A DNA stretch of 64,000 nt from Methanobacteriota archaeon (GCA_963787255.1 CAWBCJ010000029.1:384001-448000); one strand, 5' to 3'; numbered from the stretch's first letter, positions 53,682-63,819 are shown. Program-made: numbers and translations. The notes: generated from the letters alone by a model not told the origin.

Positions 53682-54296
53682 ATGGAAATGGAAGAACTGG
53701 AATTTGAGCTTTTTGAAGACGGAGCACTGATAAAAAAGGTGATTATAAAAAATATTAAGCCATGTGTAATAGCTGAAGGCCAGATAAGCGTCTTAATGCA
53801 GCTTGATAGCGAGCTCCACCATGTTTTACCACTCATGGTTTTAAAATTTCCTCCAGGAAATGTTAATTACATCAAAAGAAAGAATATTTTAACACTTTCC
53901 ATATACGGCCGATTGATAACTATTTATCCCTCTGGAAAGGTCAGCATGAACAAGACCAACAGTAAAGAAGAATCCATTGAAGTAATTAAAGACATTGCAG
54001 GTTCTATAAATGAAGCTCATTTAGAATCTATAACTGGGAAAAATTTGGATTATGGGGCGATTAAAGAAAAATTGTCTAAAATTGGGCCTCTATCAATCTA
54101 TAATTGCCTTCCCCAGACTGACTGTGAAGAGTGTGGCGAAACTACCTGCATGGCATTCGCCATGAAATTACTCTCTGGAGAATCTAAACTTAACGAATGC
54201 ATGCTTTTACATGAAATGGGATATCTAAACAATGTTAAATGTCTTAAATCAACATTAGGAATCCAGATTATGGAAATTCTTGGCTGGAAAGGTTAA
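53682..54296 (+). CDS. Fe-S cluster-binding protein (C-terminal putative Fe-S domain)
   Basis: LPQTDCEECGETTCMAFA..L..C; N-terminal PC and ITIYPSGKV. Confidence 0.8.
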   Translation: MEMEELEFELFEDGALIKKVIIKNIKPCVIAEGQISVLMQLDSELHHVLPLMVLKFPPGNVNYIKRKNILTLSIYGRLITIYPSGKVSMNKTNSKEESIEVIKDIAGSINEAHLESITGKNLDYGAIKEKLSKIGPLSIYNCLPQTDCEECGETTCMAFAMKLLSGESKLNECMLLHEMGYLNNVKCLKSTLGIQIMEILGWKG

Positions 54297-54337
54297 TATA
54301 TGTTCAGTTGTTAGTTAAGGCTCTGAAATTATTATAA

Positions 54338-54670
54338 GTGATAACGATGCAAGTAGGAATTATTTTAACAAAGACCCCCTCTGAAGAAGGATTCAATACT
54401 TTTTTAAGATTTGCATCACTATATTCAGGTAAAGAAGAGCTTTCAATTTATTTCATAGGTAACGGAGTCTTTAGTGCAAGGAAGGGACATTTAAAAGAAA
54501 ATGAAATTAAAAAATTAATAAAAAATTCCAGCATATTTGCATATTCAGATGATTTAAAGGCGAGAGGAATTGCTGAAGAAGATTTGATAGAAGGAATAAA
54601 ACCATTTCACAGTTATGATGATCTAGTAATTGATATAATGGAAAATAAGAATCAAATTTTAAGCTTTTAG
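54338..54670 (+). CDS. DsrH/TusB-like protein
   Basis: TKTP, IGNGV, DDLKARGI, YDDLV. Confidence 0.8.
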   Translation: MITMQVGIILTKTPSEEGFNTFLRFASLYSGKEELSIYFIGNGVFSARKGHLKENEIKKLIKNSSIFAYSDDLKARGIAEEDLIEGIKPFHSYDDLVIDIMENKNQILSF

Positions 54671-54833
54671 GAGCTTAAATGGCAAAAAGGAAAAAAGAAA
54701 AGAATCAAAGTATAGGATGCTAGTGTCAGGACAGGGCATTTGATCAGACAGACAATATGTAAAAAAATTGTGAAGAGATAAAAAAAATAATCCTGATCAA
54801 GATTATTCACTACTCTAATCACTTAAATTTGAC

Positions 54834-56012
54834 TTAAAATATGGCTGATACGAGACTATAGCTTATACTGGACACTACAAGAGTTAATGAAATAATTGAA
54901 ACAACAATTGTAAGTTTATTTGCTAAATCACTTGTAGTAATGTAATTTAATAGCTCTTCCAGCATCAAACCGCCATCAAGAGGTTTTAGAGGCAGTAAAT
55001 TGAAGGTGCCTATCCCAAAGTTCAGGATAAATATCCATATCAATAATGTGTTAAAGCTGAATAATATCCAGGGCAATATATCTCCATAAGTACTGGAAAT
55101 ATCTTTATTAACTACTAAATTTTCCTGAGTAACTACTCCCACATAAGAAGCCGTTGAATTATTGGGATTAGACGCAGTTTTTATTGTAAACGTCCCTTGA
55201 TTAGTTGTAATGGTTAAAACATCACCAGGTTTAGTTGTATTTAGTGTACTTGTAAAACTTGTTTTATTTGTTATTTCTTTGCCGTTAATATTGGTTATTA
55301 TCATTCCTTCTTTTAAAACCCCCTCAGCAGGGCTATCAGGCATTATACTTGTAATCTGCATTCCTTCAGCATGGAATGAAGGCCCAATAAAAAACATAGA
55401 TAATAATAAAGTTCCTATAAATGCAAGGGTAGCAAAACCTATGTTAAATATGGATCCTGCAGCATAAATCCGAAGCTTTGAAAGCCGTTTTGCTTTTTTA
55501 ACCTGTTCCTCGTCAGGTTCTACAAATGCACCTGGTAAAATAGCAAGTAGAAGTAATCCTATGGATTTAATACCAATACCTTCAGCTCTCGCAAGAATAC
55601 CGTGGGCAAATTCATGAACAACAATAACTGTTACAAGTGCAACTAATCCATACCCTAATGGGATGCTGATAGGAGATCCAGGAATGTTAAATCCTGGAAT
55701 TGCAATACTAACAGCAGAAGCCTGTGCTGAAGCAGCAGGGGCTGTTAATACTGAAATTAATGAGTTTAAAAGCAGATAAACTATCAGCCCCATGAAAAAG
55801 ACTGCAACAGGAATTCCCACATTCATAGTGTATTTCCAGAATTTAGGACTCTTTTGAGCAATAGAATCGATAAAATCCCTAAGTCGTGTAGTTCTTCTCA
55901 TTAAGAGAGGGCCATTTATGTCAATTTTTAACTTATCTTTAAATAATATGGCTAAAACCCATATAACAACAAATGCAGTAGCATAAAACGCTAAAACGGA
56001 GTAATTGTCCAA
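54834..56012 (-). CDS. site-2 protease (M50) with PDZ domain
   Basis: HEFAH, GAFVEPD, AAGS..N, NLLPLKPLDGG; PDZ-like SPAEGVLKEG. Confidence 0.92.
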   Translation of the reverse strand: MDNYSVLAFYATAFVVIWVLAILFKDKLKIDINGPLLMRRTTRLRDFIDSIAQKSPKFWKYTMNVGIPVAVFFMGLIVYLLLNSLISVLTAPAASAQASAVSIAIPGFNIPGSPISIPLGYGLVALVTVIVVHEFAHGILARAEGIGIKSIGLLLLAILPGAFVEPDEEQVKKAKRLSKLRIYAAGSIFNIGFATLAFIGTLLLSMFFIGPSFHAEGMQITSIMPDSPAEGVLKEGMIITNINGKEITNKTSFTSTLNTTKPGDVLTITTNQGTFTIKTASNPNNSTASYVGVVTQENLVVNKDISSTYGDILPWILFSFNTLLIWIFILNFGIGTFNLLPLKPLDGGLMLEELLNYITTSDLANKLTIVVSIISLTLVVSSISYSLVSAIF

Positions 56013-56089
56013 TTAATCACCTTTCTATATTATGGAATATAATTTATTTTTATAATCTTCACTAAAATTTTAATTATAAACTTAATTGC

Positions 56090-57305
56090 TTATACCTTTA
56101 ATGAATCGTAAAGTAAAACATCACATTCTTCCCCTTCACCAATTCCTTCACGATTTTCTTCAATTATTATATAGGAATCAGATTCTACCATCGACCTTAT
56201 TATCCCTGATCCTTTAATTTTAAGCGGATAAACATGGTTTCCATCAGTCTTTGCCCTGATATAATCTGTTCTTCCAAGGGTAGAGGCTATTTTTCGTGAT
56301 GTAATTTTTTTAATAATAGGAAAATCTCTATAAATATTCTGCATTTTGAGTAAATAATCCCGGACAAAAACGTCGAACTGCACCATTGCGGCTACAGGAT
56401 ATCCTGAAAGCATGAATATGGGCTTTTCATCGATTACTCCAAACCCAAAGGGTTTACCTGGTCTTAAAGAAACTCCATGGATTAAAACTTCTCCAATTTC
56501 ATCAACTACATCTACAACAACGTCTCCTTTACTTATTGCTGTACCACCCGTGGTTATTATGGCATCACATGATTTTAAAAATTCTTTTATCTGTTTTTTT
56601 ACATTCTCTGCATCATCAATGCAGTGGGTGGCTTTTGGAATTGCCAGTGTGCTTTCTACAAGTGCTTTTAAAGTAAAATAATTTGAATTTACTATTTCTG
56701 CGTCTTTAATTTCTTTTCCCGGCATTACAAGTTCGTTTCCAGTGGTAATAATGCCTATACGGGGTTTTTTAAATACTTTTATTTTGTCATGGCCTGCAGA
56801 TGTAATTATACCAACATCTTGAGGTCTTAAGTGTTTTGGAGATTTTAATATCAAATCGCCTTTTTTAAAGTCTTCAGCCGCAGGAGAAACATTTTCATCA
56901 GGAGTAATGCTTGTTAAAATCTCTAAATTGTCGCCTTGTTCATGTGTATACTCTTCCATTACAACACCATTGGCGCCTTTGGGAATAGGAGCTCCAGTAG
57001 CGATTTTAACAGCTTCTCCATTTTTTAGAGTCACTTCTGATTTTTTTCCAGCACCTATTCTGTCAACAATCTTTAAATGTGCGGGATTTGAATCTGAAAA
57101 TCCAAAGGTATCTTCAGCCTTTATTGCATAGCCGTCCATTGCAGATCTGTCAAATGACGGGGAATCAAAAAGTGCCTTAATTTCTTCTGCAAGCACTCTG
57201 TTATATGCATCATCAGGATCGATTATTTCAGTTCCTCTTCTCTAAATTAACGCTTTTTATAACCTTTAAAGCATCTTCAACGGGCATTAGTTCAAATAAA
57301 AACAT
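56090..57305 (-). CDS. moeA: molybdopterin molybdotransferase, 1-nt frameshift near 57240
   Basis: FDRSAMDGYA, IATGAPIP.GA, TGNEL, TTGG, RPGKP; upstream frame from ATG 57305 gives MFLFELMPVEDALKVI, joining RGTEIIDPDDAYNRVLAE. Confidence 0.92.
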
Positions 57306-57574
57306 TTTAGTCTACTTCCATTTTATGATATAAACAGGATATTCAATGATGATATTTGTATTAGATTTCATTTAAATAAAATTATTTTACTTAATGTAAG
57401 TGTTTATATTTTTTTTATATGTATTAAATTGTAATTTTAATTAATTTAACAGTTCTTTTGCTTAAAAAAATTTAATAGTAGTAATCATTATTAGTGATAA
57501 ATTTTGAAATTACATTCCAGTCACAGAAATTATTCTAAATTAAATAATTGGAGTTTAAATTTTATTATTGGATT

Positions 57575-57618
57575 AAAGGTGGAAATGAGCTGTAATCAGC
57601 TCCTTATTTCCTCTTTTT
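57575..57618. other. isolated intergenic stem-loop (candidate small RNA or regulatory element)
   Basis: GGAAAT-GAGCTG-TAAT-CAGCTC-CTT-ATTTCC followed by TCTTTTT in an otherwise AT-rich divergent intergenic region. Confidence 0.4.
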
Positions 57619-57747
57619 AAATAAGTAATCATTATTATTAATTTTTGTTTTATTTTGAATTTCTGCTTTTTCGCAAAAAATAAAGTAATCCCTGATCTAA
57701 TAATAAATAATTGAATATATAATTTTATATATTTGGGGGGTTAATTA

Positions 57748-58140
57748 TTGTTTGAATCAGAATCTATGATTTATAAAATATTTATAAGCCATATTGGTGA
57801 GGATGAAGAGGAATATTCAACATTTATTCAGAAATTATCTTCTGCCCACGATTTTGAATATGAAAATTGTGGAATATTGGAAGATATGTCTGATAAAGGG
57901 CTTGAAGGACAGATAAAACCCGTTGGAGTAGTTATAATTCTTTCAGGATTATATAATAAATATAAATCTATTATTAAAAAGCAGTTAGATATTTCAAGAG
58001 ATTTAGATAAATCAGTTATTGTTATAAGGCCTTATGGTATGGAAGATGTACCTTCAGAGCTTGAAGAGATTGCTGAGGATATTGTGGGCTGGAATGCGGC
58101 ATGTATTGTGGATTCAATTGAAGAGACTTATCCGGAATGA
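57748..58140 (+). CDS. TIR-like domain protein (MTH538/DUF1863, ThsB-like)
   Basis: YKIFISH, QIKPVGVVIILSGLY, K.VIVIRPYG, VP..L..A..IVGWN...IVDSI. Confidence 0.8.
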   Translation: MFESESMIYKIFISHIGEDEEEYSTFIQKLSSAHDFEYENCGILEDMSDKGLEGQIKPVGVVIILSGLYNKYKSIIKKQLDISRDLDKSVIVIRPYGMEDVPSELEEIAEDIVGWNAACIVDSIEETYPE

Positions 58141-58165
58141 TCAAATTAATTAGTTTTTAGAATTC

Positions 58166-58303
58166 GTTATACACTTGAAATTTATGTCTTTAAATCATTA
58201 TTTTTAATACTATTTCATAGGGCAGATAATAATGATAGTTTAAATTTACGGATAATCCAATAAATAGTGCTATTAAAAAAAGTTATACACTTGCAAATTA
58301 TGT
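58166..58303 (+). repeat. two distal ORB-like direct repeats
   Basis: GTTATACACTTGAAATTTATGTCTT (58166-58190) and GTTATACACTTGCAAATTATGT (58282-58303). Confidence 0.7.
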
Positions 58304-58334
58304 TAAAAATCTTAAATTTGTATTACTAATTAAT

Positions 58335-58382
58335 GGGGGTAACATCCCTGTAGTGTGGAGGCACAGAGAGCAGGGATGCAAG
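58335..58382. ncRNA. candidate small RNA (GC-rich stem-loop)
   Basis: CATCCCTG(58343-50)/CAGGGATG(58371-78) stem enclosing TGTG-GAGG-CACA; TATA-like sequences about 25 nt away on both strands. Confidence 0.45.
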
Positions 58383-58526
58383 TAATATTATATCTAATAT
58401 AATTAATAATATTTTCTATTTTGAATCCTTTAGCAGCGTTAAAAATAAAGTGATTCTATATAACTAGAATTAATAGCTTCATTTTTTGATTATTGGATGA
58501 AACTAATGAAATGTTCTTTTGGCTGC

Positions 58527-59021
58527 TTAAAATCTGCAGCTGCTTTGCCCTCTTTTGTTAAGATACTGCTGATGGTAATCTTCAGCCATGTAGAACTTAA
58601 AATCCGATGCAGGGACTATTTCAGTAACAACATCTCGCCCATAAACTCCTGATTTCCCTAATTTTTCCTTTGAAGCCCTGGCAGCTTTTCCCTGTTCTTC
58701 ATCGTAATAGAAAATAATGGACCTATACTGCTCTCCTATATCAGGCCCTTGACGGTTTAGAGTAGTTGGATCGTGAACATTCCAGAAAACATTAAGCAGT
58801 TCATCATAAGAAACTACTGAAGGGTCATAAGTCACTTCAACTGTTTCAGCATGACCTGTTTGTCCAGAACAAACATCATGATACGTAGGATTGTCTGTAT
58901 GACCACCCATATATCCTACTGCAGTTGATACTACTCCTTTTAGGTTTCTAAATGTTTCTTCAACTCCCCAGAAGCATCCAGCACCAAAAGCAGCTTTTTT
59001 ATATTTATTTTCATCTGCCAT
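58527..59021 (-). CDS. msrA: peptide-methionine (S)-S-oxide reductase
   Basis: [29 protein letters not shown]. Confidence 0.97.
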   Translation of the reverse strand: MADENKYKKAAFGAGCFWGVEETFRNLKGVVSTAVGYMGGHTDNPTYHDVCSGQTGHAETVEVTYDPSVVSYDELLNVFWNVHDPTTLNRQGPDIGEQYRSIIFYYDEEQGKAARASKEKLGKSGVYGRDVVTEIVPASDFKFYMAEDYHQQYLNKRGQSSCRF

Positions 59022-59254
59022 TTTTTATCACATCATTTATATTAATTTTGAGATAAATCACAATAATTTCCTTTTTTTCATTAATAAATTAGTTTTAGTT
59101 TCCTATTATTAGTAATTTTTGTATTACCCAGAAAAATAAATATAATGCATATTTTCCCAATTTTCTGGCTTAATTCACTATTACAATACATAATAATCAA
59201 TTAACGGCTAGAATGTCATAAAATTTTATATGTTTTAAAATCAATCATATATGG

Positions 59255-60151
59255 ATGATAAATATAAGCTCTTTAACCAAACATTTCGGTAAAATACACG
59301 CTTTAGATAACATAAACCTTGAAATAGAAAAAGGAGAGCTTTTAGGATTAATAGGACAAAATGGGGCCGGAAAAACCACTGCAATAAGAATTATATGCGG
59401 TATACTAAAACCGGACCAAGGCGACGTGGTTGTAGACGGCTATAGTGTCTTAAAAGATCCCATTCAAGTTAAATCAATGATAGGTTATCTTCCAGAAGAA
59501 CCAAACCTCTACGAGAGATTTAAAGCACGTGATCTACTTCGGTACTTTGGAGAACTTTACGGCGTTCCCAAAGAAAGGATTGATGACAGGATTAACGAAC
59601 TTCTTGAGCTTGTGGGAATGGAAGACCGCGCTGAACATAGAATAAACACATTTTCAAAAGGATTGCGCCAGAGAATTGGAATTGCAAGAGCTTTAATTCA
59701 TGATCCTGAAATTATTATTTTTGACGAGCCAACAATGGGACTTGACCCTGCAACTTCCCTTTCAATTAGAAGCTTTATTGAAGGTCTTAAAGGAGAAAAG
59801 ACCATAATTTTATGCACCCATTACATGAATGAAGCTGATGCACTTTGCGATCGTGTTGCAATACTAAATGGGGGCAAAATAAAGGATATAGGCACTCCAG
59901 AATATCTTAAAGAAAAAATACACGGTCAGACCATACTTCAAATAAAAATTAAGAGTTTTGATGCGAATATTGAAAAAATTAGTTATTTTAATTCTGTGGA
60001 AAATTTTAATTTAAAAGGAAATGAGCTCTTAATTTCTTTAAATTCTAAAGACGAAATTTCAGATATAATCAACATTATTGGACACAATATGGTATCTGTA
60101 AATACGAAAGAACCTACTTTAGAGGATGTATTTATTTACACTGTAAAATAA
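59255..60151 (+). CDS. ABC transporter ATP-binding protein
   Basis: GQNGAGKTT, FSKGLRQ, FDEPT, CTH. Confidence 0.95.
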   Translation: MINISSLTKHFGKIHALDNINLEIEKGELLGLIGQNGAGKTTAIRIICGILKPDQGDVVVDGYSVLKDPIQVKSMIGYLPEEPNLYERFKARDLLRYFGELYGVPKERIDDRINELLELVGMEDRAEHRINTFSKGLRQRIGIARALIHDPEIIIFDEPTMGLDPATSLSIRSFIEGLKGEKTIILCTHYMNEADALCDRVAILNGGKIKDIGTPEYLKEKIHGQTILQIKIKSFDANIEKISYFNSVENFNLKGNELLISLNSKDEISDIINIIGHNMVSVNTKEPTLEDVFIYTVK

Positions 60152-60181
60152 AACGTTTTAAATGATATTCAGGTCTTTATC

Positions 60182-61363
60182 ATGAGATTTTTCACTATAG
60201 CAAAATGGGAATTTAAAAGCTCCATCAAAAGCAGGAAGTTTTTAGCTCTGTTTTTCATGCAGATTTCTGTTCTAATTTTAATGGTAATTTTCTTTAACTT
60301 TTTCACCGCAAACATTGAATCTGATGGCTTTACACTTTCCCCTTCACTTACAGGGTTTGCTTCAGTAGATGTTTCAGATAAAAGCGGTATTTTTTCAAAT
60401 CAACTGAACAAAGAAGTCTTAAAAATAAATAATTTGAGTTACAACGAGTCACTTAACCGTGTAAATGAAGGCAGAACCACTGCAGTGCTTATTGTTCCTG
60501 AAAACTTCATCCGAAATATAGACGAGTTAAAAACGAATAACCTAAATCTTTTTGTTAACATGGAAGATCCAAAACAAAGTGTAGCCACAGAAGAGATTAA
60601 TTCCACTTTAGAGGCTATTTCAGCTTCTATTTCTAATCAATGGATAAATACATTGGCCCCTGAAAATAAAGTAGTTGAACCAGAAGTTAAAGAGGAAAAA
60701 ACAGGAGAATCTCTCCCTTTAAAACTCATCAATAAAATGATGATTGCTGTACTGCTTTTCCTACCTCTTTTCCTCTTTGGAAATATGGTAGTTGACAGTA
60801 TTGTAGGAGAAAAGGAGAGAAAAACAGGAGAAATATTAGTTGCAATGCCTATTAGTCATGCGGATGTTATAATCGGAAAAAACATGGCCGTTATTTTAAC
60901 TATAGCGCTGCAGGTTGCAATCTGGATAATAATTCTTTTAGTAGCAGGATTTGAAATTAATAACTCAATTATGGTCTATCTGGTGATTATATTAACTGCA
61001 ATTCCTATTGTGGGCATAACCAGTGTTATTGCAGCGTATTCCAAAAACTACAAGGAAGCAGGAATTGGATTGAGCTTTATCTACATTGCCATTGTAGGAT
61101 TTCTCATAGTCCCTGCACTTGCCTACATATCCGGGCAGTTACCTGGTTCTAATATATCACCAATGACCCTTGTAATGCGCCTTTTTTCAGGGGAAAGCAT
61201 ATCAACAACTGAATTAACCCTGCCACTTGTTACAATAGCCTTAATTAGTGTTATAACATTCTGGCTGACTATCAAACTCTTTAAAAGGGATGATATAATG
61301 TTTGGCCCTCGACCAGGAGTTATAAGACTCACTCTTAACCTAATTGGTCTCAAGAAAATATGA
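60182..61363 (+). CDS. ABC-2 type exporter permease (NatB-like)
   Basis: IAKWEF, DSIVGEKERKTGEIL..P, IIGK. Confidence 0.88.
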   Translation: MRFFTIAKWEFKSSIKSRKFLALFFMQISVLILMVIFFNFFTANIESDGFTLSPSLTGFASVDVSDKSGIFSNQLNKEVLKINNLSYNESLNRVNEGRTTAVLIVPENFIRNIDELKTNNLNLFVNMEDPKQSVATEEINSTLEAISASISNQWINTLAPENKVVEPEVKEEKTGESLPLKLINKMMIAVLLFLPLFLFGNMVVDSIVGEKERKTGEILVAMPISHADVIIGKNMAVILTIALQVAIWIIILLVAGFEINNSIMVYLVIILTAIPIVGITSVIAAYSKNYKEAGIGLSFIYIAIVGFLIVPALAYISGQLPGSNISPMTLVMRLFSGESISTTELTLPLVTIALISVITFWLTIKLFKRDDIMFGPRPGVIRLTLNLIGLKKI

Positions 61364-61505
61364 TGAAAATTAATTAAGTCTAGCATTATACTAAGAAAGA
61401 AATATAAAAAAAATAAACATGATAATTCATGCTTTAACCATTTACTAAATTAATATAAACATAAATAAGCATAAATTTAATCCATCCTCATTTAAAGGAG
61501 ATAGA

Positions 61506-62645
61506 ATGAAGATAATTACTCTTGCAAAAAAAGAAGCCCAAGACATATTAACCAATCGAATTTACCTTATGGTTGTATTTGTACAAATATTCATCATTCT
61601 TGGAGCCTTCGGACTGGGACTTGCAAGCTCTGTAATGACTGATCCCACGCTTCTTGATAAGTTTGGTGCCACATCATCACTTAAGATTGGAATTTCAGAA
61701 GATTTAGAAAATTCAAGTATTGCTAATGACTTGAAAGCCCAAAATCTGAACCTCATTTATTTTAAAGATATGAATAAAGCCAATTCACTCTTAGGCTCAG
61801 AGCTAGTTGCTGTGATTAATGTTTCACCCCCTCCAAAAGAGGATATAACATATGAATCTGATACATCAAATGTATTTTATCCTATAGTATCAGAAAAGAT
61901 AAAAAACGCTGTTAATAATTTTAAACTAGAAAAAAAACTTAAATCGGCAGGAATAGATGAATCCAAGATTGATACAATAAAGAACCCAGTAGTTTTAAAC
62001 GAAATAAAAGTAAATGAAGATAATGCTGTAAAAATAGCACTTAATAATTCCTATTTTGTAGAAATAATGTACGGCTTTATTGTTCCATTTGTTCTACTAC
62101 TTCCATTTTTCCTGGCAAGCAATATAGTAACAGATAGTATTGTGGGGGAAAGAGAAAGAAAAACATTTGAAATGCTTCTCATGACACCTATTTCAAGTTC
62201 AATGGTTATAATGGGTAAAATTTTACCAATACTCTCCTTTTCAATGATTCAAAGCATTGCATGGATTATTCTACTTGATCTTTTAGGATTACCAATTTAT
62301 AATACATTTATTCTGATTTTTATACTCTTATTTATCGGTATAGGCTTTATAGGTGTTGGAATATTAATATCAATGCTTGTTGATAGTACTAAAGAAGCTA
62401 ATTCGGCCATAACTTTGGTATTGATGTTTGTAACATTTCTTTTATTCATGCCCCTTTTTATAAAAATTCCTTATTTAGTAGGTTTTCTGGACTTTATTCC
62501 AACAGTTTTAATGGTTAAAATGTCTTCAACACCTAATTTACCTTATGAAATGCTGATATTTTTGATCCCAACAATTTTGGTGTCAACATTATTTTTCATA
62601 CTTGCTGTAAGGTATTTCAGGCACGAAAGAGCAATCCGACTCTAA
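61506..62645 (+). CDS. ABC-2 type exporter permease (NatB-like)
   Basis: LAKKE, DSIVGERERKTFEMLL.TP, IMGK. Confidence 0.88.
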   Translation: MKIITLAKKEAQDILTNRIYLMVVFVQIFIILGAFGLGLASSVMTDPTLLDKFGATSSLKIGISEDLENSSIANDLKAQNLNLIYFKDMNKANSLLGSELVAVINVSPPPKEDITYESDTSNVFYPIVSEKIKNAVNNFKLEKKLKSAGIDESKIDTIKNPVVLNEIKVNEDNAVKIALNNSYFVEIMYGFIVPFVLLLPFFLASNIVTDSIVGERERKTFEMLLMTPISSSMVIMGKILPILSFSMIQSIAWIILLDLLGLPIYNTFILIFILLFIGIGFIGVGILISMLVDSTKEANSAITLVLMFVTFLLFMPLFIKIPYLVGFLDFIPTVLMVKMSSTPNLPYEMLIFLIPTILVSTLFFILAVRYFRHERAIRL

Positions 62646-62739
62646 AATGACAGTACACCAAAGCAGTTATAAATAAGCCATACTCATTTAAAACCTATTG
62701 CAACTAAAGAAAACAAAATAAACTGTTTTTATAGGATTG

Positions 62740-63753
62740 TCATGCCCAAGAATAAATATTCCACGAAAGGAAAAATCCGCTGGACTTACCCTTCAAATCA
62801 TCTATCAATTTAAGTAAAAGCACTTTATCATTTGTATTTCCTGGTACCTTCACAATCATTTTATTTCCTTCCTTTTTAACACTTAAAACATTATATCCAC
62901 TAAGATCTATGTTTTCTGAAGGATCAATAATGGTTATTTCGTGGAATTCAGTATTTGTTCCTATTAAACCTATTGAAACCCGGATAATAATAAGTAAAAT
63001 CACAATTAACATTGGTTTTGCAAGATATTTAGGTGAAAAAGGTTTTTTCACGAAATAAACTGATAAAAGGATCAGTAGGCCAAAGAGGGCAGGTGTTGAA
63101 AATAATCCTCCGTCAAGCATCCCAATTAAAGAGATAGTAAGACCGAACGCAAGAATAATCTTGTAAATATCTTCCCTACGGCTTAAAGAGGCTAATCCGG
63201 TTAAATAAACCAGTGGAAATGCAACAAAAATAGCAAATGCTACTGGAGAAAAGTACTGAGCAAGTGAAACTCCAGTATTTATCTGGGCTGGAACATGAAT
63301 TCCTAAAAATTCTATAAAAGAACCTAAAACAGATTTAAGTATGTGACTGTGGGTTATGCTGGTGGAACTTGCCCCTTCGCTAAATGATACAAACATTGTA
63401 AAGATGGAAACCCCAAATTTAGCTCTTATCCATATTTCAAGGAACATTCCAAATAAATAGGTAACCATTATGATTATAATAGTGATTTTAAGATATTTTT
63501 GACCTTCAAAACTTAATTCAGGAATAATTTTTGATATTTTGTTTGCAATAATCCCATCCTGCCGGAATAATGGATAAAAAAGCAGCATACTTCCCATAAC
63601 TCCAAAAAGAATTACAGATTTACCTTCAGATGAACCTTCTAAAAAAGGATATGTAATACTTAAAATGACATGATCAAGTAAATTTGTAGCATATATGAAA
63701 ATTGCAAAGAGAATCATACAGATTCCAATTATATTAAGTTTGTTCAAGCGCAA
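62740..63753 (-). CDS. conserved multi-pass membrane protein, unknown function
   Basis: Multiple TM helices; GSSEGK, SITHSH.LK, LDGGLFS motifs. Confidence 0.75.
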   Translation of the reverse strand: MRLNKLNIIGICMILFAIFIYATNLLDHVILSITYPFLEGSSEGKSVILFGVMGSMLLFYPLFRQDGIIANKISKIIPELSFEGQKYLKITIIIIMVTYLFGMFLEIWIRAKFGVSIFTMFVSFSEGASSTSITHSHILKSVLGSFIEFLGIHVPAQINTGVSLAQYFSPVAFAIFVAFPLVYLTGLASLSRREDIYKIILAFGLTISLIGMLDGGLFSTPALFGLLILLSVYFVKKPFSPKYLAKPMLIVILLIIIRVSIGLIGTNTEFHEITIIDPSENIDLSGYNVLSVKKEGNKMIVKVPGNTNDKVLLLKLIDDLKGKSSGFFLSWNIYSWA

Positions 63754-63819
63754 TTAATTTCACCGTCTTAATTTAATAATCTTAACATTTGTTTAATTAA
63801 CTTACTTTCAACCTTCTTC

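Noticed and set aside
54668-54830. AGGAG-ATG short ORF (MAKRKKEKNQSIGC*) after dsrH
   Set aside because: 14 codons with no identifiable continuation
57400-57620. Moco/Wco riboswitch upstream of moeA
   Set aside because: Only one short hairpin; the multi-stem architecture of that riboswitch class is not evident
57748-58140. Functional Thoeris anti-phage system
   Set aside because: No ThsA-type effector nearby, housekeeping neighbourhood, and the catalytic Glu appears substituted
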